Origin: Candidatus Kuenenia stuttgartensis
GTDB lineage: Bacteria > Planctomycetota > Brocadiia > Brocadiales > Brocadiaceae
Assembly (NCBI RefSeq): GCF_900232105.1
Contig: NZ_LT934425.1
Coordinates: forward strand, 1,500,001 to 1,532,000
DNA: 32,000 nucleotides
Direction of reading: 5' to 3'
Shown here: one piece after another, positions 9,336-19,723 of the stretch
Numbering within the stretch: position 1 is the stretch's first letter
Layout: each line of letters begins with the position of its first letter
Notes under the pieces: generated by a model
Database searches by the model: none
Told to the model about the DNA's origin: nothing
Seen by the model: only the letters and a program-made list of their open reading frames with translations
Made by a program: the position numbers and the translations under genes

Positions 9336-10822
9336 ATATCCTTTTGATAGATCCACCGTTTTACCGGTTCTTCCAATATTACAACCGGTATTTCCCCCTG
9401 GGTTTGAGCTATCTGGCGTCCATACTGAAAAAAGCAGGGCACAATGTGACGATTTATGACGCTGACTGCAATAAAGACTCCAAAGGAATGGACTATACCA
9501 GATTGCCGGAGATGTATGCCGCTTATTTAAAAGAGCTGAGAAATCCGGAAAATCACATCATAAAAGAACTATCGGAAACACTGAAAACCTGCCGGCCGGA
9601 CATTGTAGGAATTACCGTAATGACCCCAAAAGCGGCATCTGCTTTTACCGTAGCGTCATTGGTGAAAAAATACGATAAAAAATGCCACGTGGTTTTTGGG
9701 GGCCCTCACGCAACATTAAAACCTGAGGAAGTATTAACGATCTCCGGAGATGTTGACTTTGTTATCAGCGGGGAAGGCGAAGGCGCTTTTCCGGAACTGG
9801 TACACTTGCTGGAGAAAAAAGAAGGGGGATTTGAGAAAATAGCAGGCCTCTCCTATTACAGGGACGGCAGGAAAGCAAGCAGCGGTTCGGGAAAATTTAT
9901 TGATAATCTGGACACGCTGCCCTTCCCCGACAGGGAATCTTTGTTGGGGGCAGATACCTACACATCTGAGGACATGGGGCTGATAATGGGGAGCAGGGGC
10001 TGTCCGTTTAACTGCTCTTATTGCGCCACACAAATCTGGACAAGGAAAGTAAGGTATCGTTCAATACCAAATATCATTGAAGAAATAAAATACGTTAACG
10101 AAAGATATGGCACACACCAGTTTACCTTCAAAGACGACTCTTTTACCGTTAGCAAAAAAAGGGTTGCGGAGTTTTGTGATGCATTGTTAAAAGTAGGGCT
10201 GAAGGTAAAATGGGACTGCAACACAAGGGCTGACCTGGTAGACCTTCCCCTACTTAAAACGATGAAAAAAGCAGGCTGCAACAGTATTAAGGTAGGCGTT
10301 GAGTCCGGCAGTGAAAGAATCCTGAAGATTATGGACAAAGGAGTGTCATTGGAGCAGGTAAAGGAATCCGCAAAACTTTTCCGGAAGGCGGGGATACACT
10401 GGACGGCATATTTCATGATGGGTGTGCCTACGGAGACAAAGGAAGATGTAAAAGAGACCGTAAAGCTGCTGTATGAAATCAAACCAAGCTTTGCATCGGT
10501 GGGGGTGTATGAACCGTTTCCCGGCACAAAATTGTTCGATATCGGCGTTGAAAGGGGGCTGGTGAAAAGGGATATGGCGTATGAAGAATATTTTCTGCGG
10601 ATACCCAGCGACTATTATCTAAAGGATGTGAAAAAAAGAAGCGATACGATGGATGAGGAAGAATTCACTGCCCTTGAAAGGGAAGTAAAAGAAACGTTTC
10701 ATGATTATAACAAAAATATCACCCGCATATATGAAAGGGCAAAGGCAAGAAGCTCGGTCTATGTGCGCAATCCTAAGATTTTTTTGAGCGATATTGAAAA
10801 ATTTCTCGGGTGGATGAGATAA
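9332..10822 (+). CDS. B12-binding-domain radical SAM protein
   Basis: N-terminal B12-binding-like fold, radical SAM motif GCPFNCSYC, VGVESGSERIL. 4-bp overlap with comM. Confidence 0.92.
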   Translation: MNILLIDPPFYRFFQYYNRYFPLGLSYLASILKKAGHNVTIYDADCNKDSKGMDYTRLPEMYAAYLKELRNPENHIIKELSETLKTCRPDIVGITVMTPKAASAFTVASLVKKYDKKCHVVFGGPHATLKPEEVLTISGDVDFVISGEGEGAFPELVHLLEKKEGGFEKIAGLSYYRDGRKASSGSGKFIDNLDTLPFPDRESLLGADTYTSEDMGLIMGSRGCPFNCSYCATQIWTRKVRYRSIPNIIEEIKYVNERYGTHQFTFKDDSFTVSKKRVAEFCDALLKVGLKVKWDCNTRADLVDLPLLKTMKKAGCNSIKVGVESGSERILKIMDKGVSLEQVKESAKLFRKAGIHWTAYFMMGVPTETKEDVKETVKLLYEIKPSFASVGVYEPFPGTKLFDIGVERGLVKRDMAYEEYFLRIPSDYYLKDVKKRSDTMDEEEFTALEREVKETFHDYNKNITRIYERAKARSSVYVRNPKIFLSDIEKFLGWMR

Positions 10823-10834
10823 AGAGATAGAACA

Positions 10835-12217
10835 ATGAAAATTCATTATCCGGTTTCCCGAAGAAAAATAGTACTGGTGTTGGGAGATATCTGCATCGTA
10901 AACCTTGCAATATTGTTATCTGCAATCGTTCGTCTGGGCGTTGAGGGCGGGCTAAGTTACGTAAGAGGAAATCCCTTGTCGTTTGCGGTTTACGGCATTG
11001 TTCTTATAACAATATTCTCCTTTGCGGATCTATACGATACCCGTAAGGACTATAAATCTATCGGCACTGCCCTCTCTATCATTTTCGCAACTGCAGTAGC
11101 CTTTGTTATAACGACGTTTATATTTTACATAAATGGATCATTGAAGATAGGAAGGGGCGTTTTCTTCATCAATGGAGCGCTCATTATTGTCTTTATTACG
11201 GGCTGGAGAATGCTCTACAGTTATATAATAGAGCAGCCGCTTTTTAACAGGAGGGCGCTTATTATAGGCGCCGGTTGGGCAGGAAGAACCATTTTAGGGG
11301 AGATTCGCAAGGCAAAAAAAGCGGGAATAAAAGTGACGGGGTTTATTGACGATGATCCGGAAAAGTTAAACACGCAAATATGCGGAGCGCCCGTCCTGGG
11401 AGACCGGTCTGTTATAAACAAGGCCATCCGGCAGCAGAATATCGACACTGTTATCTCTGCCATAACTCATGAAAAACATGCAGATCTGATTAAAACGTTG
11501 ATCCATTGCTCATGGAACGGCGTGGACGTAATCGATATGCCTACAATATACGAACAACTAACCGGCAAGATACCGTTTAAACATATTAATGACATGTGGA
11601 TGCTGCATGTAGTTATAAGCAAGCCAAAATTATACGGCAAATTTATTAAACCTGTTTTAGAGACCATTATTTCCCTACTATTATTCATCATATTAATGCC
11701 TGTAATGGCGATAACTGCCGTTTTGATTAAAATTACGTCGAGGGGAGGTATTTTTTATACGCAGGAACGGATGGGAAAAGACGCCGGGAGGTTTACCATT
11801 ATTAAATTCCGGACGATGGTAGCCGATGCAGAATCACAGACAGGGGCTGTTTATGCAGCGGACAATGATCACAGGATTACGAAGGTGGGAAGGCTTCTGA
11901 GAAAATGGAGGCTGGACGAGGTTCCGCAATTATTGAATGTGATTAAGGGCGATATGAGTCTGGTTGGCCCGCGTCCGGAGAGGGAAATATTCATAAAAGA
12001 ATTTGAAAAGAATATACCGTTTTATTCCCAGCGGCTTGCCGTGAAACCAGGATTAAGCGGATGGGCACAGGTGAAATATCCCTATGCATCTACCATTGAA
12101 CAAACAGAAGAAAAACTACAATACGATTTGTACTACATAAAAAATATGTCCTTCCTGCTGGACACTGTCGTATTATTAAAAACGGTGAGGGTGATGCTGT
12201 TTGGGAAGGGTAAATAA
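10835..12217 (+). CDS. Exopolysaccharide biosynthesis polyprenyl glycosylphosphotransferase (WcaJ/undecaprenyl-phosphate sugar transferase family)
   Basis: N-terminal TM segments, CoA-binding-like ALIIGAGWAGRTI, C-terminal FRTMVADAE, RKWRLDEVPQLLNVIKGDMSLVGPRPE. Confidence 0.94.
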   Translation: MKIHYPVSRRKIVLVLGDICIVNLAILLSAIVRLGVEGGLSYVRGNPLSFAVYGIVLITIFSFADLYDTRKDYKSIGTALSIIFATAVAFVITTFIFYINGSLKIGRGVFFINGALIIVFITGWRMLYSYIIEQPLFNRRALIIGAGWAGRTILGEIRKAKKAGIKVTGFIDDDPEKLNTQICGAPVLGDRSVINKAIRQQNIDTVISAITHEKHADLIKTLIHCSWNGVDVIDMPTIYEQLTGKIPFKHINDMWMLHVVISKPKLYGKFIKPVLETIISLLLFIILMPVMAITAVLIKITSRGGIFYTQERMGKDAGRFTIIKFRTMVADAESQTGAVYAADNDHRITKVGRLLRKWRLDEVPQLLNVIKGDMSLVGPRPEREIFIKEFEKNIPFYSQRLAVKPGLSGWAQVKYPYASTIEQTEEKLQYDLYYIKNMSFLLDTVVLLKTVRVMLFGKGK

Positions 12218-12320
12218 AAAAAACAGGAAATACTAAAGGGGAACCACAGATTTCACATATTGCACAGATTAAGAAAAACCAGAATATTGTAACACTTTAG
12301 TTTTTAATGGTAACCTTACC

Positions 12321-12818
12321 TTACGAAAGGATGTTTTTCATCAAAGAGCGCCTTTCGTTATAGGAAACCCTTTCCCGGGTAATAAGTTCCCGTATTTGGT
12401 GGGGGTTTTTAATGCCTTTAAGCGTATACGTAATGGTATTTGTGAAAATTTTGAGAGTGCCGACCCGGAGGCGTTTTTGAATAGCACCCTGGTGTATGAG
12501 TATTTTGTTAATGTCGTTATAGTCTATTTTCTTAAGACGGGTCGAAAAAGGCCCTTCTATAAGGAATAACCCGTTTTGGGCAATATAATATTTTGAAATG
12601 CAAATGGTGAGCACTCCATAACAAAAAAGAATACTGCCAAATGATAACAGACAAAGTCCAAAGGGAGAGTGGATTCCGTGCCACCGGAGGCTTAAAAAAA
12701 AAGAAAGCACGGAGATAAAAAACAGCAGCCAATACTGTTCTATACGTGGTTTTAGTATTGTTTGCGGCGTATTTTTTGCAAAAACAGGCAGTGAATTCGG
12801 AGCGTTTAGTTCATCCAT
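12321..12818 (-). CDS. Bacterial PH-domain (bPH2/YdbS-like) membrane protein
   Basis: Two TM segments followed by SKYYIAQNGLFLIEGPFSTRLKKIDYNDINKILIHQGAIQKRLRVGTLKIFT. Confidence 0.7.
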   Translation of the reverse strand: MDELNAPNSLPVFAKNTPQTILKPRIEQYWLLFFISVLSFFLSLRWHGIHSPFGLCLLSFGSILFCYGVLTICISKYYIAQNGLFLIEGPFSTRLKKIDYNDINKILIHQGAIQKRLRVGTLKIFTNTITYTLKGIKNPHQIRELITRERVSYNERRSLMKNILS

Positions 12819-13151
12819 TTTTTTTAAATGAGAGTATCTGTTCCGGAATTAACGGCAAAAAACAGCATGTCATTAAAAATATTTATACGGGTTCTCTTTA
12901 CCAATGAGTCACATTTTATGTATAGGAATTTCAATATTTTTAGTTAAGCAATGAATAAAAATAAATGTCGTTGGATTTTTTTCTTTTAAAAACCCAACCT
13001 GATTTAATAGTACGTAGCTAATTCATTGCGGTCGCATAAGAGGAGTAAATTATAAGTAAGGGCTTCTTGCAAGTCAAGGCAATACAAATGGCATTATCTC
13101 AACCTTAACCGTAATCTTAAATTTTTACTATTTAAAATATCTGAGAATATT

Positions 13152-14282
13152 ATGAAAAAAGCTTTAATAACCGGAATTACCGGACAAGACGGCTCCTATC
13201 TTGCAGAATTTCTCCTTTCCATGGGCTATGAAACTCACGGCCTTATTCGCAGATCCAGTACCTTTAACACCGGCAGGATTGATCACCTCTACCGGGACCC
13301 CCATGACCCCGATGCACGGCTTTTTTTGCATTACGGAGACCTTTCCGATTCGGGACAAATAACAAACCTCATCTATAATATTCAGCCTGATGAAGTATAT
13401 CACCTGGCAGCGCAAAGCCATGTACGCGTTAGCTTTGATATGCCTGAATCCACTGGGGATATTAGTGGCCTGGGCACAACAAGGTTGTTAGAGGCAGTAA
13501 GGAGAAGCGGCATTAAAACCAAAGTGTATCAGGCAAGTAGTAGCGAGATGTTCGGAGATGCCCTTCCTCCTCAAAATGAGGAAACACATTTCAGGCCAAG
13601 AAGCCCCTATGCTGCAGCCAAAGTCTATGCCTACTGGATGACAGTTAACTATCGGGAGGGGTACAATATGTTTGCCTGTAATGGAATCCTCTTTAATCAC
13701 GAATCACCCAGAAGAGGCGAGACTTTTGTAACAAGAAAGATAACGAGGGCGGTGGCAAACATCGTTGCCGGAAAGCAAAAGAAATTGTATTTGGGTAATT
13801 TGGCGGCCAGAAGGGACTGGGGTTTTGCCCCGGAATATGTAGTGTGCCAATGGTTAATACTTCAACAGGAAAGACCGGATGATTATGCGATAGGAACCGG
13901 CGAAAGCCATTCGGTAAGAGAATTTGTCGAAATTGCCTTCAAACTTGTTGGGGTTGATTTGGAATGGAAGGGAAAAGGCGCCGAAGAAAAAGGCGTCGTT
14001 CGCTCCTTAACCTCCGCCTTATCCTCAACCTCCGCACTTAAAACCGGCGACGTCCTTGTTGAAATCGATCCCAGATACTTCAGGCCTACAGAAGTAGACT
14101 TTTTATGTGCCGACATAACGAAGGCACAAAAAAAATTAAACTGGGCGCCGAGGGTTACATTTCACGAGCTTGTCCAAATTATGGTTGACTCTGATATGGA
14201 ATTGGCCGGTTTAAAATCATCGGGCGACGGCGTCAGGATTCTGAGACAGAAGGGGATTGGCTGGATAGGGGAAATACCATAG
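13152..14282 (+). CDS. gmd: GDP-mannose 4,6-dehydratase
   Basis: [91 protein letters not shown]. Confidence 0.97.
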   Translation: MKKALITGITGQDGSYLAEFLLSMGYETHGLIRRSSTFNTGRIDHLYRDPHDPDARLFLHYGDLSDSGQITNLIYNIQPDEVYHLAAQSHVRVSFDMPESTGDISGLGTTRLLEAVRRSGIKTKVYQASSSEMFGDALPPQNEETHFRPRSPYAAAKVYAYWMTVNYREGYNMFACNGILFNHESPRRGETFVTRKITRAVANIVAGKQKKLYLGNLAARRDWGFAPEYVVCQWLILQQERPDDYAIGTGESHSVREFVEIAFKLVGVDLEWKGKGAEEKGVVRSLTSALSSTSALKTGDVLVEIDPRYFRPTEVDFLCADITKAQKKLNWAPRVTFHELVQIMVDSDMELAGLKSSGDGVRILRQKGIGWIGEIP

Positions 14283-14340
14283 GACTGAAGGGCAGAAAGC
14301 ATATAGCCATGGGTGAAACCCAATAAGCGCTATAGAAATT

Positions 14341-14576
14341 CCTAAGCTGGTATAGCCAGAACCAAACAAGCGAGAAATTAAAAATACGAAACCCGAAGTA
14401 CGAAACAAATTTGAAGAACAATGCATAAAATTCAAAACAAATCCAAAACATACAACAAGTATGAAGCACGAAACGCGAGATACAAAAGAAGCGCTTGTTT
14501 AGAATTTCAAATCATTTTGTCATTAGAATTTGTTTCGGATTTCGTGTTTCTTATTTCGTATTTCACCTTTAAATAT
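14341..14576. repeat. Dispersed A-rich repeat family, two facing copies
   Basis: AAAATACGAAACCCGAAGTACGAAACAAAT on the left. The right half is the inverted counterpart (ATTAGAATTTGTTTCGGATTTCGTGTTTCTTATTTCGTATTT). Confidence 0.7.
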
Positions 14577-14615
14577 TTTGCCAAGAAGTCTGGGGCCGGC
14601 CTGGCAACCTGAACT

Positions 14616-17225
14616 CTACAGTAGCCCCCTTTCAAAATTCCCCATCACGGAATTATTGACCTTACTCATGGTTTGAATTTTTGAAAATATATCCTGCACC
14701 ATTTCAGGTGTATAATCCTTATAACATAAGTCAACCCTGAAGTCCCTTTGACCGCCATCAATCAGTTTCGGAATGTACTGAATAAGGGAAAATGGCTTTT
14801 GTCCAATCACTACTGTCCTGCAATCCTCATTTATGGCTGTAAAGCGGTCGCCATATTCATTTTCCAGTGTCATTTGACTGAAACCGCACCAATTCTTTCC
14901 AGGACACTCCCTTTTCATGTTTGCCCAAATGCAGGTCTCTGAGGTAAAGAGCGGGGTATCCTGATAAATAATCAACTCAGCATGGGGAGAAAACAGCTTT
15001 TCCAGATTCTCTTTGTCATCTTCCGGAGAGAGCGTATATCTGCAGAATCCCAACTCGCGCAGTTTAATCGCAGAAAGCGGATTCAGACAATAGAAAGGGT
15101 AATCGGCATACAATTGTACCTCTGCGTCTTCAAATAACTCAATTGCACCGGGGTTGGAGATATGGAATTGCCGAAACCCCTGTGAGAGCAACTCCTGTAC
15201 GGCCTTCTTACAATACCCGTAGGTCATGCATCCTATCCCTGTATCCCTCATGATGGCGGGTAATGAGAAAACGATCTTGTCTCTTCCATTTGATGGAGAG
15301 ATATTTTCATTATTTTCTCCGCAAGTGTATAACAACGCACTTAATCCCCTTTTGTTAAAGGATGTTTGATTATGGCTTTGCAGTGCCAGGAGATCCCCAA
15401 TCGTTTCCTCGGTAAGGACTATATATATCTTGTGAACCGTTTCCAGTGGGATGTGGTTTAAATAGTCCGGTTTATCTACCTTCAGAGATAGCCTTATTCC
15501 TCCGGCAGAAACATCCCTATGTACTGGATGAGTAAATTCAATCCACTCCCCCTTAACCCACTTCTTTATGCTTTCACACCTGCGATCCCTGTCCTTGTGC
15601 CATTCTTCATAAAATATCCGGAAATACTCCCTTCGGATTTCATTTAACACGCTGAGCGGAACAAATAATTCATCGGAAATTTCTGTATGAATATCTTTCA
15701 GCTCAAAGGACGTCTCGCCCAGGCGGGAAAAGCACTCTTTTACCTGTTCTCTTTCTGTTGTCCTGTGAATGCTCTTTTCCAGTTTCACCGAAAAATTCAT
15801 GGGAAACGAGAAATACCTTGCCGTGCCCTTTATGTCTATGCCGTCAGGCATTATTTTGATTTCCAAATCCACGGGCATCCTGGAAGCCTCTGATTTTTTC
15901 GGTACTTTTGGCGCAAAATATTCTTTGATCTTTTGCGAAGAGAGCAAGTACAACCTTGCCCCTACCCCAGGTTGATATTGCCGTTCTGTGTCGATCATGG
16001 CAATATCACCTGCCTTTATACCAAACACCCTCTTCCCATTGACCCTGATATTCCTTACGGGTAACAAGGCGGGTTCCTTTGCGCCATTCTCAAAAAACTG
16101 TAATAAATCCCTTACACCGATTTCAGCATCTGCCCGAACGGTAATGCAGCCCTTTCCCTGTTTTGTTACCTCACCCGCATAAGCGCCTATATTTGCAGGA
16201 TAGAATGGATTGATCGCGTCTGAGGCCTTGACTTGTTTATTATTGGAGAATCGTTCTATATCCTGTACGAATTTTGGGGATTTTACAACTGCCCCGCCTT
16301 GCGAAGGATGAGACAAGAAAGGGGCATTTTCCGGGCGTGGCGCATATTTGTTATTGCTGTTTTTTTTACCTTGTTGATACGTTTCTTCAAACAGGTATGA
16401 GTAAGTTGTTTCCCGGCTAAATACGGTATTCATGAGATGAATGGCGTTGTCCATATCTTCAAGCGTGCCATCAATTGCCTGGCGATAGACATGTGTCGCT
16501 GCGGCAACGTATTCAGCCGATTTCATACGGCCTTCAATCTTAAAGGAGTGAATCCCTGCCGCCATTAACCTGTTTACATGGGTTAAAGTACGGAGGTCTT
16601 TCATAGAAAACAGATATCCGCCTTCACCCTGCGGTGATTTATAATACATCCTGCATGGCTGTGCGCAGCGGCCCCGGTTCCCGCTACGTCCGCCCATTAC
16701 ACTGCTAAAGAAACATAACCCTGAATAGGAATAACACAATGCCCCGTGGACAAATACCTCAATCTCCATGTTGGAATTTAGTGCAATATTTTTAATCTCA
16801 TCCACCGACAACTCTCTGGACAAGACGACTCGTTTAAACCCCATCCTTTCCATCTGTTTTACCCCGGCAAGATTATGAATAGTCATTTGCGTACTGGCGT
16901 GAAGGGTAAATTGAGGGAATTGAGATTGTATCAGGAAAAGAAGCCCCAAATCCTGAATAATCAAAGCATCTGGCCGTAATTCATCAAGTGCGATGAGATA
17001 TTCCACGACCTTTTCCAATTCGTCGGTTTTAATCAGGGTATTAATGGCGACGTAGACCCTGACGGACATTTTGCGGGCATAGGCAATGGCCTTGCGGACG
17101 TCGTCGATGGAAAAATTACACGCACTTGCACGTGCGCTGAAATCTTTTAAGCCAACATAAATAGCGTCAGCGCCATTTTCAACGGCGACAAAAAAACATT
17201 CCATATCGCCGGCGGGAGAGAGCAA
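14616..17225 (-). CDS. U32-family peptidase/collagenase-like (RlhA/YhbU type). Annotated TTG start; true start may be ATG at 17262 across a poly-A tract
   Basis: ELLSPAGDMECFFVAVENGADAIYVGLKDFSARASACNF, VHGALCYSYSGLCFFSSVMGGRSGNRGRCAQPCRMYY, FSMKDLRTL, KIEGRMKSAEYVA. Confidence 0.93.
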   Translation of the reverse strand: MLSPAGDMECFFVAVENGADAIYVGLKDFSARASACNFSIDDVRKAIAYARKMSVRVYVAINTLIKTDELEKVVEYLIALDELRPDALIIQDLGLLFLIQSQFPQFTLHASTQMTIHNLAGVKQMERMGFKRVVLSRELSVDEIKNIALNSNMEIEVFVHGALCYSYSGLCFFSSVMGGRSGNRGRCAQPCRMYYKSPQGEGGYLFSMKDLRTLTHVNRLMAAGIHSFKIEGRMKSAEYVAAATHVYRQAIDGTLEDMDNAIHLMNTVFSRETTYSYLFEETYQQGKKNSNNKYAPRPENAPFLSHPSQGGAVVKSPKFVQDIERFSNNKQVKASDAINPFYPANIGAYAGEVTKQGKGCITVRADAEIGVRDLLQFFENGAKEPALLPVRNIRVNGKRVFGIKAGDIAMIDTERQYQPGVGARLYLLSSQKIKEYFAPKVPKKSEASRMPVDLEIKIMPDGIDIKGTARYFSFPMNFSVKLEKSIHRTTEREQVKECFSRLGETSFELKDIHTEISDELFVPLSVLNEIRREYFRIFYEEWHKDRDRRCESIKKWVKGEWIEFTHPVHRDVSAGGIRLSLKVDKPDYLNHIPLETVHKIYIVLTEETIGDLLALQSHNQTSFNKRGLSALLYTCGENNENISPSNGRDKIVFSLPAIMRDTGIGCMTYGYCKKAVQELLSQGFRQFHISNPGAIELFEDAEVQLYADYPFYCLNPLSAIKLRELGFCRYTLSPEDDKENLEKLFSPHAELIIYQDTPLFTSETCIWANMKRECPGKNWCGFSQMTLENEYGDRFTAINEDCRTVVIGQKPFSLIQYIPKLIDGGQRDFRVDLCYKDYTPEMVQDIFSKIQTMSKVNNSVMGNFERGLL

Positions 17226-17405
17226 TTCCGGTTTTTTTTTGTTGGGAGTAAACGTTTGGCATCTCCATACGACAATATACGTAATAAAGTAGGTTTTCGA
17301 AAATTCTCAATAAACAGAAAGCCTTGCAACGTTGTAAAGTTCAGGCATGAAGGTACATTGGAGACTCTGTATCAGTCGACAAATTTCAAATTGCAGATTG
17401 AGGAC

Positions 17406-17768
17406 TCAGGATTGCAGACTGTCTTCTTGTTTGTTTTCTGGCTGTACCATATCCCCTTGCGGTGAGGCATTCTGTTGTTTCAATTTATTCAATACAATTT
17501 CAGCCGGTGTTAAGTACTTTTTCTTATTGTTACATTCCTTACAACACGGGACGATATTCCCCTTTGTGCTTCTACCACCCCTTGAAAGCGGTACTACATG
17601 GTCCATAGTAAGCTTATCGGGGGAGAATGTTTTCTGGCAATAATGACATATTCCCCGCGATATTTTGTTTAACCACCATTGCGTTTTTCGCATCTCCTGC
17701 GCCTTCAATTTTTCCCTGGCTATATGTTTTGGATCTTTCTCGATATGAATCCAGTCAGACATGTTCAA
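17406..17768 (-). CDS. HNH endonuclease
   Basis: CHYCQKTFSPDKLTMDHVVPLSRGGRSTKGNIVPCCKECNNKK. Confidence 0.92.
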   Translation of the reverse strand: MNMSDWIHIEKDPKHIAREKLKAQEMRKTQWWLNKISRGICHYCQKTFSPDKLTMDHVVPLSRGGRSTKGNIVPCCKECNNKKKYLTPAEIVLNKLKQQNASPQGDMVQPENKQEDSLQS

Positions 17769-18064
17769 TCTCTTTTTTTAAAGGTATTATGTTCATGCGA
17801 TAATAAATTATTGTTCTTATTATTATAGGTTTTTTTGGCTTACAAGGAAAGAGGGAACAAAAAACACATTGATCATCAAATTAAATGACCTGCCCGCAGA
17901 TAAAAATGCTTGAAGAATCATTGAATCCCCTGTTACAATTCGGACACCACATTTGCCTGAAGGGCGACATCCTTCTTTTCGCTTTTTGAAAAATCTCAAT
18001 AAAATAAACATATAGCGTAACCATGCGCCCATTAGATTCATTATTTACCAAAGATTAAAATACC

Positions 18065-18955
18065 ATGAAAGGCATAATCCTCGCCGGAGGCTCCGGCACA
18101 CGGCTTTATCCCATTACAAGGGTGGTAAGCAAACAGCTTTTACCCGTTTTCGATAAACCGTTGATTTATTATCCCTTGTCGGCATTATTGCTGGCGGGAA
18201 TAAGGGAAATACTCATCATCTCTACCCCAAGAGATCTGCCGCAATTTAAAGAATTGCTCGGCGACGGTTCATCATTAAACATTTCGATTTGTTATGCAGA
18301 GCAACCCGCCCCGGAAGGTTTGGCGCAAGCCTTCATTATCGGGAAACCCTTTATCGGCAAGGACTCTGTCGCCCTTATCCTGGGGGACAACATTTTCTAT
18401 GGTCACGGGCTTCGTGAAATATTTAAAAACGCCACCCAAATCAAAAAAGGGGGATTAATCTTCGGGTATCACGTTCATGACCCTGAACGATACGGCGTTG
18501 TAGAATTCGACCAGAACGGAAAAGTCATCAGTATCGAAGAAAAACCCAAAAAACCTAAATCAAAATACGCTATCCCCGGCATATACTTCTACGACAACGA
18601 TGTAATCAAGATTGCTGAAAATCTTAAACCTTCCGCCAGGGGAGAACTGGAGATCACGGATGTGAATGTAACCTATTTAAAAAGAGGCGATCTTTGTGTA
18701 GAACTTTTAGGGAGGGGGTTCGCATGGCTTGACACCGGAACGCATGAATCACTCCAGCAGGCGTCCAGCTATGTCCAGGCAATACAGGAACGACAGGGAA
18801 TAAAAATCGCCTGTATCGAAGAACTCGCATACCGGTTGGGATACATTGACCGGGCGCAATTAAAAGCGCTTGCCCTTGATATGTTAAAAAATGATTATGG
18901 ACGTTATATCATGGCAGTCATTGAAGAAGAGGAGATAAAAGAATATGCCCTGTGA
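18065..18955 (+). CDS. rfbA: Glucose-1-phosphate thymidylyltransferase
   Basis: [53 protein letters not shown]. Confidence 0.96.
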   Translation: MKGIILAGGSGTRLYPITRVVSKQLLPVFDKPLIYYPLSALLLAGIREILIISTPRDLPQFKELLGDGSSLNISICYAEQPAPEGLAQAFIIGKPFIGKDSVALILGDNIFYGHGLREIFKNATQIKKGGLIFGYHVHDPERYGVVEFDQNGKVISIEEKPKKPKSKYAIPGIYFYDNDVIKIAENLKPSARGELEITDVNVTYLKRGDLCVELLGRGFAWLDTGTHESLQQASSYVQAIQERQGIKIACIEELAYRLGYIDRAQLKALALDMLKNDYGRYIMAVIEEEEIKEYAL

Positions 18956-19508
18956 ATTTGCAAAGACCGCCTTGCCGGAGGTTGTGCTCATCAAGCCGCA
19001 GGTTTTCAGAGACGATAGAGGGTTTTTCCTGGAAACCTTTCACAAAAATAAATACGCGGAAGTGGGAATTTCTGGCAATTTTGTACAGGATAATCACTCT
19101 TACTCTAAAAAAAATACGCTAAGAGGCCTGCACTACCAACTCTTGCATCCGCAGGGAAAACTTGTCTATGTTATCTCCGGAGAAATTTTTGACGTCGCGG
19201 TGGACATCCGGAGGGGATCTCCCTCTTTTGGAAAATGGACAGGCGTCCATTTATCCGCTGAAAACAAATACCAATTGTATATCCCCGAAGGATTCGCACA
19301 TGGTTTTCTGGTCCTGAGCGAAACGGCAGACGTATTATACAAGTGTACGGAAATTTACACGCCCGACGATGATTATGGTATCCTCTGGTCGGACCCAGCG
19401 ATAAACATAACGTGGCAATCCTCTTCGCCAATCCTCTCAAAAAAAGACCAGGAATACCAAACATTAAAGAACATACCGGAAACGCTTTTGCCGTTATACA
19501 AAAAATAA
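18945..19508 (+). CDS. rfbC: dTDP-4-dehydrorhamnose 3,5-epimerase
   Basis: [50 protein letters not shown]. Overlaps rfbA by 11 bp. Confidence 0.95.
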   Translation: MPCEFAKTALPEVVLIKPQVFRDDRGFFLETFHKNKYAEVGISGNFVQDNHSYSKKNTLRGLHYQLLHPQGKLVYVISGEIFDVAVDIRRGSPSFGKWTGVHLSAENKYQLYIPEGFAHGFLVLSETADVLYKCTEIYTPDDDYGILWSDPAINITWQSSSPILSKKDQEYQTLKNIPETLLPLYKK

Positions 19509-19723
19509 GATGCCATCGGAGGCTTCAGCTTTCTCGATAAAAAAAGATTGAAACCACAGATTGCATAAATTTCACAGAGTATTTTTATGGTACACGGCAA
19601 TAGGAGGAATTTAACGGTGAAATGTTTCCATGATGATACAACAACCATATTTTAATGCTATTAACCCTATAAAACTTACGCTCTCGTTCATAAGTAGCGT
19701 TTTTTAAAGAGGTGGATTAACCT

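Noticed and set aside
13980-14040. Extra segment in gmd ([18 protein letters not shown])
   Set aside because: Gmd proteins normally carry a variable-length loop here (for example VSSINGTDAPGVKPGDV in the E. coli enzyme), so it is not an unusual insertion.
14341-14576. Possible CRISPR-like array from repeated ACGAAAC units
   Set aside because: Units are irregular, imperfect and unevenly spaced, with no cas genes. It fits a dispersed repeat, not an array.
14421-14612. Short ORFs 14217..14612 in the gmd-U32 peptidase spacer
   Set aside because: They fall in A/T-rich dispersed repeats. The translations (NKSKTYNKYEARN, ISYFTFKYF) are repeat-derived.
17823-18041. 72-aa minus-strand ORF upstream of rfbA
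   Set aside because: No RBS or domain evidence, and it lies in the likely rfbA leader region.
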